From the NCBI GenBank assembly GCA_965247685.1, contig OZ252021.1, positions 810,001-842,000 of the forward strand: a stretch of 32,000 bases of DNA, read 5' to 3'. The stretch comes from Bdellovibrionales bacterium. Its GTDB lineage: Bacteria > Bdellovibrionota > Bdellovibrionia > Bdellovibrionales > UBA1609. The translations under genes and the position numbers were made by a program. Position 1 is the stretch's first letter, and every line of letters begins with the position of its first letter. The notes beneath the pieces were generated by a model. That model did no database searches. It was given only the letters and a program-made list of their open reading frames with translations, and was not told where the DNA came from. Of the stretch, positions 19,345-27,451 are shown piece by piece.

Positions 19345-20145
19345 TTAGGATAAAACATTAAATATAGATAGAAACTTACTCTCCTCTCTTTTAAAAGTAG
19401 TAACAGTATTATTGAAAGTCATATTATTTTTTCTTGATTCAATGAATATTTTTTGGAGCTCTTCATTTGTATAATGCTTTATAAGTTCAGGTGGAATAAG
19501 GATTTTATCTCCAGTAATCCCTATAGATAAGTTGGAAACAAGAGCTTTTCTTTGATTGTTAATAAAATCCAATAAATCCTGTACAACATCTTCTTTTATA
19601 ATTGTTAAGACTCTATGTCTGTTAATAGGAACTCCAAAAGTTGTTAAACATGTACTTCTTGAGAGATAATGTATAGGAAAGAAACCAAGTTCATTGAATA
19701 CGAAAGGTGAGCAGTTCTTTTCATCTTGGTAATTGTTTAAAAGCACAACTCTTTTATTTTCTGTACAGTACATATATTCAATAAGGCTATCGATAAAACC
19801 CTTTGTCTTATCAAAGTCTGATAATTTTCTCTCAGAGTTTGGATGTCGATCCATAATAGAATATATTAATAACAAGCAAGCTCTGTAATGAGACCATTTT
19901 TTCAACAGTCTGTGATCATTTTCTATGTTTTTTGAATTTTCAACAACATGAGCAAGAGGGGTTTCAATATATTTGTTGTAAAAATTTTCTTCTGATCTAT
20001 TTAGTAGATTTTTTTCAGTAAATAACGATTTTGTATTAGCTTCAGAAAAAGTATTGGTTTTAAAGCAGAAATACTTAATCTTCCCTTTTTTAATTTCCCA
20101 ATCTTTAATCAACATTCGCGGGATTCTATGGCAGTTCATATTCAC
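19345..20145 (-). CDS. Hypothetical protein, DUF4238-like N-terminus (tentative)
   Basis: 266-aa ORF in a very AT-rich stretch. The N-terminal CHRIPRMLIKDW resembles the H-x-[IV]-P-x-x-[YL]-L-x-x-[FW] opening of DUF4238 proteins. No TM helix or signal peptide. Confidence 0.4.
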   Translation of the reverse strand: MNMNCHRIPRMLIKDWEIKKGKIKYFCFKTNTFSEANTKSLFTEKNLLNRSEENFYNKYIETPLAHVVENSKNIENDHRLLKKWSHYRACLLLIYSIMDRHPNSERKLSDFDKTKGFIDSLIEYMYCTENKRVVLLNNYQDEKNCSPFVFNELGFFPIHYLSRSTCLTTFGVPINRHRVLTIIKEDVVQDLLDFINNQRKALVSNLSIGITGDKILIPPELIKHYTNEELQKIFIESRKNNMTFNNTVTTFKREESKFLSIFNVLS

Positions 20146-20265
20146 TCATTATATGAAATAGTATATCACAATTCCTTGTAGATAGTAAAGAATTATTTAC
20201 GAACATATTGAATGACTTTCTATAGTCATAATCTATATCTTATAATATAATTAGAAGTTATCGGG

Positions 20266-21306
20266 ATGAAAACGATGAAATTAATGTATATAGATAATAG
20301 TATTATGCGTAGGATTTTTAAAAAGAATGACTCTGACTTTTATCAGAATTTTAACACTCAAATCGTAAAACAAAATAGGACATTAAGAACAACTCAAGCA
20401 TCAATGGGAGAGCTTTATGGGATTTCTCATCGTTCAATAGCACGTGAATTTACTATAGATTTTGCAAAGATTGACAAGCAAATACGAGAATTATCAGATT
20501 CTGATATTGATGCTAGGGATTTTTTTGATCAAACTAATACAATGTACATTGAATTTATAAAAGAAAAAATAAATGGAGAAAAAGTTTTTAAAGATTATAT
20601 TATGACCCGGATTCAAAAAACATCAGAAAAAATAAAAGAAAATGCTTCAAATGAAATTATAAAAATTTATACATCTTTAGAAACGCATTATGTACAAAGA
20701 GTGAAGGATTATGACAATTATCTTCAGGATCTTTTATTCGATCAATCCTTTCGATATAATTTTATGAGGCTCGAGAACATGAAAAAGAAGACAAATGAAT
20801 TTAAAAAAACACTGGCAGTTCGTATCGAGGAAGCCTTATATGAATTTGTACTTGAGGGGTTTAGCCCTCCTGTTCTTCAAATGTTCAAATGTGCTTGTAA
20901 TATTAGAAATAGTCTTGCAGGAGAAGATAAAGAACGTATAAAATACTCTATAAAAGCTATTAATACTTTAGGAATAAAACTAAATTATGACAGTATGGAT
21001 TCTGAACTGATTCTTTGTTTTATTTTTGGAGATTTTTTAAACAAACAAAAAAACAAACCTATTCATTGTTACACTATGGATTCATTTACAGAGACGAAAG
21101 ATAGAGTAACACACACGCTATGTATTTTTAAAGATATACATTCTGGAATTGAGCGTTCAGTCAAAGAGCATGGTTGCCTACCTGGAGGTTGGAAGAGGTT
21201 ACTGCATCCCAACTTTGGAATAATAGATTGTCTCACTTATAAAGATGGTATCTTTACAAAAGAAACGTATAAAACCAACGCTCTTAAGGAGGTCAAGTCC
21301 TTATAA
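20266..21306 (+). CDS. Hypothetical cytoplasmic protein, no recognisable family
   Basis: 346-aa ORF divergent from the DUF4238-like gene. No P-loop, TM helix or signal peptide. A His/Cys cluster lies near the C-terminus (HCYTMDS...HTLC...EHGC). Confidence 0.55.
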   Translation: MKTMKLMYIDNSIMRRIFKKNDSDFYQNFNTQIVKQNRTLRTTQASMGELYGISHRSIAREFTIDFAKIDKQIRELSDSDIDARDFFDQTNTMYIEFIKEKINGEKVFKDYIMTRIQKTSEKIKENASNEIIKIYTSLETHYVQRVKDYDNYLQDLLFDQSFRYNFMRLENMKKKTNEFKKTLAVRIEEALYEFVLEGFSPPVLQMFKCACNIRNSLAGEDKERIKYSIKAINTLGIKLNYDSMDSELILCFIFGDFLNKQKNKPIHCYTMDSFTETKDRVTHTLCIFKDIHSGIERSVKEHGCLPGGWKRLLHPNFGIIDCLTYKDGIFTKETYKTNALKEVKSL

Positions 21307-21395
21307 ATACGAGATGTGCAAAGAACAGCAGTAAAGCGCTATCTAAAGAGTAAATACCTTCTGGATTATGAGTTCCATGAAAAAGAGTCGATTGT

Positions 21396-21581
21396 TCATA
21401 AAGAATTAGTAAAGATTTTTAGTCTGAAGCCAGATGAAATGTAAAGGAGATTGTTTATTAAATTATTTTTTTCAGCATACTCTTTCAGAATTTTCTTTTG
21501 AGCAGAAATAGACAAACCTTCTCGCTCTTATTCTTTGGAAGATACTCTAACGTAGATAATATATTTATTTTTTGTTTTCAT
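21396..21581 (-). pseudogene. Serine recombinase (resolvase/invertase or large-serine type) N-terminal relic with an in-frame stop
   Basis: My minus-strand translation is MKTKNKYIIYVRVSSKE*EREGLSISAQKKILKEYAEKNNL... This matches the catalytic-Ser motif Y-x-R-V-S-[ST]-x-E-Q followed by G-x-S-I-x-A-Q...L..YA. TAA at 21530-21528 sits where the conserved Gln is expected. Similarity is lost after about 50 codons. Confidence 0.7.
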
Positions 21582-22440
21582 TTTCTTTATTGCTTATTAT
21601 TTGATTGTCAACTTTATCCCAATCAATTTCATCTAAAAACAAACATATATGGATAAATATCTTTTCTGCTTCATCTCTAGCAGTAGTTTTCTTACTATGA
21701 GATCCATCGTTTACATCATCAATTATAAATTTGCTGTGGACAGGAGTTACACTTTTATACTCTCCTTTCATGTATTTTTTTAAAATATCAAAGTATTTAT
21801 CTGAACTGTTTTCAGGTTCAATTTCCTTGGCTAGACTTTCTAAAATTCTTCTTGCAGTTATTTCTGCATTTTTCCAATCTTCATGATTATCTGACTTTAA
21901 ATTTTCCATTGCAGAGTTTATTTTTTGGACTCCATCTGGAAGATGTTTGGTTATTTTTTTAGATACTCGTTTAATCATATTATCTGATATAGAATCAAGA
22001 CCATCTTCAAATTTTAGCTCAGTATTTTTATTTAAAAGATATTCATGTATAAAGTGTTTTCTTTCAACTAATTCACTAGACAAATTAAGTTTATTTTCCA
22101 GGGTTTTATTTATAGAAATATTATTGTTAACCATAACTGCTGGATTTTTTTCTTTATTTTCTATAATTTCTAAGCTTTCATACCACGATAATTTACCACT
22201 AACAGACAGGTTATTAGACAACTGAGTAGCCTTCTTTGCTTCTTCCGACAACAACGCAAAGTCTGATGATGAGTAGCCTTTACTTTCATAGGTAAGAGCT
22301 CTTTCATAATCTTCATCACCAGACAATCTTGCTAATCTCCTTGCTTTTAAACATATCTGAGATAGAGGTATTTTGGATAATTCTATATCTTCTAGTGCTT
22401 GATCAGATAGATGTAATATTTCTTCTTTTCTATCTCTCAT
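21565..22440 (-). CDS. AbiTii-like N-terminal domain protein with a DUF4145-like helical C-terminus (tentative), abortive-infection-type
   Basis: AGGAGA RBS. The N-terminus LSQICLKARRLARLSGDEDYERALTYESKGYS resembles the AbiTii pattern (..lA..l.d.el..Wl..EL.GY). The C-terminus ARRILESLAKEI...IIDDVNDGSHSKKTTARDEAEKIFIHICLFLDEI resembles DUF4145. Confidence 0.45.
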   Translation of the reverse strand: MRDRKEEILHLSDQALEDIELSKIPLSQICLKARRLARLSGDEDYERALTYESKGYSSSDFALLSEEAKKATQLSNNLSVSGKLSWYESLEIIENKEKNPAVMVNNNISINKTLENKLNLSSELVERKHFIHEYLLNKNTELKFEDGLDSISDNMIKRVSKKITKHLPDGVQKINSAMENLKSDNHEDWKNAEITARRILESLAKEIEPENSSDKYFDILKKYMKGEYKSVTPVHSKFIIDDVNDGSHSKKTTARDEAEKIFIHICLFLDEIDWDKVDNQIISNKENENKK

Positions 22441-22464
22441 ACTGTTTCTCCTGTAGCTTAATAC

Positions 22465-22557
22465 TTAATTACATTCACTACCAAAATACCTGTTCATTTC
22501 TTCTAGAAATATTTTCTGTGGTTGGTTATCCCACTTCTTCTTTTTTATGAAAGACAT
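22465..22557 (-). CDS. Possible 30-aa leader/partner peptide upstream of the AbiTii-like gene
   Basis: Hand-translated as MSFIKKKKWDNQPQKIFLEEMNRYFGSECN, with GAGAG 5 nt before the ATG. It ends 24 nt before the AbiTii-like start, on the same strand. It is too short to support statistically. Confidence 0.2.
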   Translation of the reverse strand: MSFIKKKKWDNQPQKIFLEEMNRYFGSECN

Positions 22558-23101
22558 TTAATCTCTCGTAAAATTGTGATTTTTATTCAATTTTTGTTTT
22601 GCCAAATAAAAACTATCATGTTTACGCAAAGTTTTAAACTTTTTTAATTGATTTCTGCCTTCTAATTCGACTCTGAAGCTCAATTTAAGTATTCTAATAT
22701 TTGAACGCCCCAATCCAAGTAACTGTCTGTCTTATGCAAGTATTTTCTTTAAAAGAAGTTGAAAAAATAAATACTACTCAAAAGACCAACACAAAGGAAA
22801 CTTTGGTGAAGGCAGTTGCATTTAAAATATGATAATTAAAGGGAGTTCAAATATATCATCTAAATCAAATGAGTTACTGAAAAAGATACAGAAACTTATC
22901 CACCTATTGCATTGGCAGATCGGGGTTTTTCTGAAATATCAAATCATTGAATTATTTATAAAGACACTCTACAGGAGAGTGTAGAAATTACACACTTCAT
23001 TCTTTTTAATGGATATTTTCAGTACATTGTATGATAGTTTAGTTTATTTTTGCATATAGTAATTAAAAAAACTTTTATATTTAAAAAAGAGTAATAGTAG
23101 A

Positions 23102-23956
23102 ATGACATTTAAGAAATTAAAAACCAGTTTTCAACACAGATATACAACAGTCTCCTGCGTTTTTATGGTGCTCTTGCTGATACTACCTTTTCAAGCTTAC
23201 ACAAGTACATGTGAAGAGGTTTTGGGCAAAATAGACTCTGCTTCTGAACGATCAGTAGAATCATATAAAGCCTTAAGAGATAAAATAGAGAATCTAGATA
23301 TTGATTTTGGAGTCAGAAAGAAAGCTTTATTTACTTTAATGGAATGGAGTGCAAATCCAAAAGACGCGAATGTAGATGATATAAATTTAGATTTTTTATC
23401 TCATCAGTTAGAATTTTTTTCAAAAGAAGATCAAGAAACTATTGTGGCAGAGATATCTTCTTGGAAAGAAGCAGAAGAACTTTATAAAAGAAAATTTATA
23501 AGTAAAATTTCTCAAGTACTTTTTTCTAGGGACAAACAACAAATAGAGAATGTCTTAGATTCCAAATTTGGAACGTTATTAGATCTAAATGCCATTGATG
23601 AGAGTGTTTTGTCTCGTAGAGTAGGTAATAGATGGACGCCTCTTTTGGTAGCACTATTGAGAAGTAATCAGGAGCTTGCACAGTTATTGCTAAATAGAGG
23701 AGCTGATATAAATGCTAAAAATGAAGATGGTGTGACGGCTCTGATGGAAGTGTTGTATAGAGGTTATCCTCCTAAATCAGTAGTGAAGTTCTTGTTGGAG
23801 AATGGAGCTGATCGAAAGGTCAAAGATAATGCTGGCAAGACGGCTTTTGATTATGCAAAGGGAAGCGGTCATGAGGAACTCGTGCGAGCCTTTCGTCGGA
23901 CGGGGAAAGAAAAGCTAAAGTCGTTAATACAGAGGATAAAAGACTCATTCAGTTGA
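23102..23956 (+). CDS. Secreted ankyrin-repeat protein, paralog 1 (helical N-domain plus about 3 ANK repeats)
   Basis: N-terminal MTFKKLKTSFQHRYTTVSCVFMVLLLILPFQAYT (signal peptide or anchor), shared with paralogs 2 and 3. ANK repeats from RWTPLLVALL onward. The C-terminal 56 aa are nearly identical to paralog 2. Confidence 0.85.
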   Translation: MTFKKLKTSFQHRYTTVSCVFMVLLLILPFQAYTSTCEEVLGKIDSASERSVESYKALRDKIENLDIDFGVRKKALFTLMEWSANPKDANVDDINLDFLSHQLEFFSKEDQETIVAEISSWKEAEELYKRKFISKISQVLFSRDKQQIENVLDSKFGTLLDLNAIDESVLSRRVGNRWTPLLVALLRSNQELAQLLLNRGADINAKNEDGVTALMEVLYRGYPPKSVVKFLLENGADRKVKDNAGKTAFDYAKGSGHEELVRAFRRTGKEKLKSLIQRIKDSFS

Positions 23957-24480
23957 ATTTATTAGACTGAAATTATTTAATCATCGGCTCATCCAATAGT
24001 AACTCAACAAAAGATATTTTGGATTAAAAAAAACTCTAGGAGAGTGTAGAAATTACATTTTTCATTTTTTGCTGGTATTTTCGATTTATTATGTGGTATA
24101 TCTTTTGCATAAATGGAAAGAGTTAAGTCGAACTGTTTATTTAAAAAAGACTTTTTTTATTTTGCATCGAGTATGTTTCTAATAGGAGTTAAATAAGATA
24201 ATACTTAGAAAGTTAAAAGAAAGTTTTATATTTATAAACAGGAGTAATGGAATGACATTTAAGAAATTAAAAAACAGTTTTCAGTATGGATACGCAACAA
24301 TAGTCTCATGTGTTTTTATGGTGATTGTGTTTATACTGCCTTTTCAAGCCTACACACTACAGGATGATTCTCGAACAACTCTTATGATTGCAGCGATGGA
24401 AGGTCGTGTAGAAATTGTAGAGTCCTTGCTAAAAAATGGAAGTGATCCAAAAGCCAAAGATATTAATGGTAATACGGCTC
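23785..24480 (+). repeat. Segmental duplication copy A (ANK 3' end + intergenic region + next ANK 5' end)
   Basis: Near-identical to 25415-26115 apart from a few substitutions and about 7 nt of indels in the intergenic part. Confidence 0.8.
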
Positions 24481-25586
24481 TGACGTACGCAACGTGGTAT
24501 GGGAATCTGCAAGTCGCGGACTTCTTAGTGGAAAGAAGTGGAGCTGATGTCAATGCCACAGATAATGATGGTAGGACGGCTCTGATGCTGGCAGCGTGGT
24601 ATGGGAATCTGCAAGTCGCGGACTTCTTAGTGGAGAATGAAGCTAATCTCAATGCCACAGCTAAGAATGGTATGACAGCTCTGATATACGCAATGTGGTA
24701 TGGGCATCTGCAAGTCGCAGAGTTCTTAGTGGAAAGTGGAGCTGATCTCAATGCCACAACTGAAGATGGTGTGACGGCTCTGATGTGGGCAGCGTGGTCT
24801 GGGACTCTGCAATTCGTGGAATTCTTAGTGGAGAATGAAGCTGATATCAATATCGCAGCTGATGATGATAGGACGGCTCTGATGATCGCAGCGAGGTTTG
24901 AGCATCTGCCAGTTGCGGAGTTCTTAGTGGAAAATGGAGCTGATATAAATGCTCAGAATGAAGATGGTGTGACGGCTCTGATGTGGGCAGCGAGTTCTGA
25001 GAATCTGCCAGTCGCGGAGTTCTTAGTGGAAAGTGGAGCTGACATCAATGTCGCAGCGAAGAATGGTATAACAGCTCTGATGATGGCAGCGTGGAATAAT
25101 GGGAATCTGCCAGTCACGGAATTCTTAGTGGAAAGTGGAGCTGACATCAATGTCGCAGCGAAGAATGGTATGACAGCTCTGATGTACGCAGCGTGGAATG
25201 AGAATCTGCAAGTCACGGAATTCTTAGTGGAAAATGAAGCTGATATAAATGCCACAGATAATAAGGGTAGGACGGCTTTGATGATCGCAGCGTGGCATGG
25301 GAATCTGCGAGTCGCGGAATTCTTAGTGGAAAGTGGAGCTGATATCAATGTCGCAGCTAATGATGGTAGGACGTCTCTGATGATCGCAGTGAAGAAAGGT
25401 GATATAGAAACTACGAAGTTCTTGTTGGAAAATGGAGCTGATCGAAAGGTCAAAGATAATGCTGGCAAGACGGCTTTTGATTATGCAAAGGGAAGCGGTC
25501 ATGAGGAACTCGTGCGAGCCTTTCGTCGGACGGGGAAAGAAAAGCCAAAGTCGTTAATACAGAGAATAAAAGACTCATTCAGTTGA
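24252..25586 (+). CDS. Secreted ankyrin-repeat protein, paralog 2 (about 12 ANK repeats)
   Basis: Same signal sequence, then 12 consecutive 33/34-aa units of the form G-x-TALM-x-AA-xxxx-L-x-V-x-EFLVE-xx-A-x-[IL]-N-xxxxx. Confidence 0.9.
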   Translation: MTFKKLKNSFQYGYATIVSCVFMVIVFILPFQAYTLQDDSRTTLMIAAMEGRVEIVESLLKNGSDPKAKDINGNTALTYATWYGNLQVADFLVERSGADVNATDNDGRTALMLAAWYGNLQVADFLVENEANLNATAKNGMTALIYAMWYGHLQVAEFLVESGADLNATTEDGVTALMWAAWSGTLQFVEFLVENEADINIAADDDRTALMIAARFEHLPVAEFLVENGADINAQNEDGVTALMWAASSENLPVAEFLVESGADINVAAKNGITALMMAAWNNGNLPVTEFLVESGADINVAAKNGMTALMYAAWNENLQVTEFLVENEADINATDNKGRTALMIAAWHGNLRVAEFLVESGADINVAANDGRTSLMIAVKKGDIETTKFLLENGADRKVKDNAGKTAFDYAKGSGHEELVRAFRRTGKEKPKSLIQRIKDSFS

Positions 25587-26115
25587 ATTTATCAGACTGA
25601 AATTATTTAATCATCGGCTCATCCAATAGTAACTCAACAAAAGATATTTTGGATTTAAAAAAAAACTCTAGGAGAGTGTAGATATTACATATTTCACGAT
25701 TTTTGATGGATACTTTTAGTGCATTATGATAGTTTATCTTTTGCATAAATGGAAAGAGTTAAGTCGAACTGTTTATTTAAAATAGACTTTTTTTTATTTT
25801 GCGTCGAGCATGTTTCTAATAGGAGTTAAATAAGATAATACTTAGAAAGTTAAAAGAAAGTTTTATATTTATAAACAGGAGTAATGGAATGACATTTAAG
25901 AAATTCAAAAACAGTTTTCAACACAGATATACAACAGTCTCATGCGTTTTTATGGTGATTTTGTTTATACTGCCTTTTCAAGCCTACACACTACAGGATG
26001 ATTCTCGAACAACTCTTATGATTGCATCGATGGAAGGTCGTGTAGAAATTGTAGAGTCCTTGCTCAAAAATGGAAGTGATCCAAAAGCCAAAGATATTAA
26101 TGGTAATACAGCTCT
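25415..26115 (+). repeat. Segmental duplication copy B (ANK 3' end + intergenic region + next ANK 5' end)
   Basis: Partner of 23785-24480. Confidence 0.8.
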
Positions 26116-26879
26116 GATGCTGGCAGCGAGGTATGGGAAACTGCGGGTCGCGGAGTTGTTATTAGTGGAGAATGGAGCTGATGTTAATGCCAAAGATAAT
26201 TATGGTAGGACGGCTCTGATGTACGCAGCGAGGTATGGGAAACTGCGGGTCGCGGAGTTGTTATTAGTGGAGAATGGAGCTGATGTTAATGCCAAAGATA
26301 ATTATGGTAGGACGGCTCTGATGTACGCAGCGAGGTATGGGAATTTGCAAGTCGCGGAATTATTAGTGGAGAATGGAGCTGATATGAATGCCACAGATAA
26401 TGATGGTCTGACGGCTCTGATGTACGCAGCGTGGGATGAGAATCTGCAAGTCACGGAATTCTTAGTGGAAAGTTGGAGCTGATATAAATGCCACAGATAA
26501 TTGGGGTCAGACGGCTCTGATGATCGCAGCGTGGGATGAGAATCTGCAAGTCACGGAATTCTTAGTGGAAAGTGGAGCTGATCTCAATGCCACAGATAAT
26601 AAGGGTAGGACGGCTCTGATGCGGGTAGCGAGGTATGGGAATCTGCAAGTCGCGGAGTTCTTAGTGGAAAGTGGAGCTGATCTCAATGTCGCAGCTGATG
26701 ATGGTAGTACGGCTCTGATGATGGCAGCGAGGTCTGAGAATCTGCCAGTCACGGAATTCTTAGTGGAAAGTGGAGCTGATATGAATGCCACAGCTGATGA
26801 TGGTAGGACGGCTCTGATGTTCGCAAAGGAAGAAGGTCATATAGAAATTGTGAAGTTATTACAAAATCTAAACAAATAA
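25889..26879 (+). pseudogene. Ankyrin-repeat paralog 3, split by a 1-nt insertion (ORFs 25889-26482 and 26520-26879)
   Basis: Every other repeat reads GAAAGTGGAGCTGAT. At 26468-26483 the sequence is GAAAGTTGGAGCTGAT (extra T at 26473/26474), which creates TGA at 26480-26482. The +1 frame continues as in-register ANK repeats to 26879. Confidence 0.7.
26123..26326 (+). repeat. Exact 2 x 102-bp tandem duplication (one 34-aa ANK unit) inside paralog 3
   Basis: 26123-26224 and 26225-26326 are identical base by base. Each encodes AARYGKLRVAELLLVENGADVNAKDNYGRTALMY. Confidence 0.9.
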
Positions 26880-27451
26880 AGAGTAAAGTAAAGTTTACGA
26901 AATTTATTTAGATTGTGAAATCAGATCGATATTATTTAATCACAAACTCTTCTCTAATCATCGATTTCCCAAATAGATATAACAACAGATCATTCCTCTC
27001 TCTTTCAAGTCTGTCAAATATTTACACTTCACACTTTTATCTTTAAAAATTTAGTGTTTTTTTGTACTGTTGGTGTGAGTCAAATAAATATATTTTAATT
27101 GGAAGTAGCGACCTATTTCTTGGAGTGAATATGAATTTGAGAATATCAATGAGATACTTTGTGAGTTTAAGTTTAGAAAAATAGAAAAGCATCTTGGAAT
27201 AAACAAAAAGAAGTGAAGACAGGTTTTAGTGAAGTTAAGTAATTTCTCTTTCTTTTGTAGTGTAAGCGTAAAAAATATAAAAACAAAATCCAATAAAGAG
27301 GAGAAACTTTAATCCTTTTACTGCTTTTTTAAAAAGAAGATAAAGAAAGTTGAGTATTTGCAGTTTGCATCTCTATGTAGCACATTTCTTCATACCACGG
27401 ATACATGAATAGCCCATCTCAACATTTGTTTTTTGTATTCTCAAATTAAGT

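Noticed and set aside
21312-21443. Short plus-strand reading frame (VQRTAVKRYLKSKYLLDYEFHEKESIVHKELVKIFSLKPDEM) after the 346-aa gene
   Set aside because: It has no ATG or RBS and no recognisable motif, and it lies opposite the decayed recombinase relic. It is probably non-coding.
21947-22550. Plus-strand ORFs 21947-22225 and 22329-22550 opposite the AbiTii-like gene, and similar shadow ORFs elsewhere (3520-3750, 5013-5198, 7382-7579, 8302-8541, 10653-10886, 13242-13451, 15783-15992, 17548-17820, 18241-18459, 27696-27878, 30463-30864)
   Set aside because: Each is nested antisense or out of frame within a longer ORF that has recognisable motifs or signal peptides, and their products are low-complexity.
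26468-26483. Programmed +1/-1 ribosomal frameshift in ankyrin paralog 3
   Set aside because: There is no slippery heptamer or downstream structure. The site differs from all sister repeats by one inserted T, which fits a mutation or sequencing error.
24350-26791. Long antisense ORFs inside the ankyrin genes (24350-24850, 24953-25468, 25984-26193, 26507-26791, minus strand)
   Set aside because: They mirror the 99-102-bp periodicity of the sense-strand ANK repeats and encode low-complexity repeats (SAPLSTKNSATCRFP...). They stay open only because the repeated sense codons lack reverse-complement stops. The sense frame has clear ANK motifs.
24252-26879. Regular repeat periodicity of about 99 bp that could look like a CRISPR array or satellite
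   Set aside because: The repeats are contiguous with no unique spacers, lie in one long ORF, and translate to canonical ankyrin units. No cas genes are present.
27051-27293. 80-aa minus-strand ORF in the spacer after the ankyrin array, and the 67-aa ORF at 29131-29334
   Set aside because: Both encode low-complexity F/L/I/S-rich products typical of AT-rich non-coding DNA, with no RBS. The second also covers the tRNA-like att remnant.
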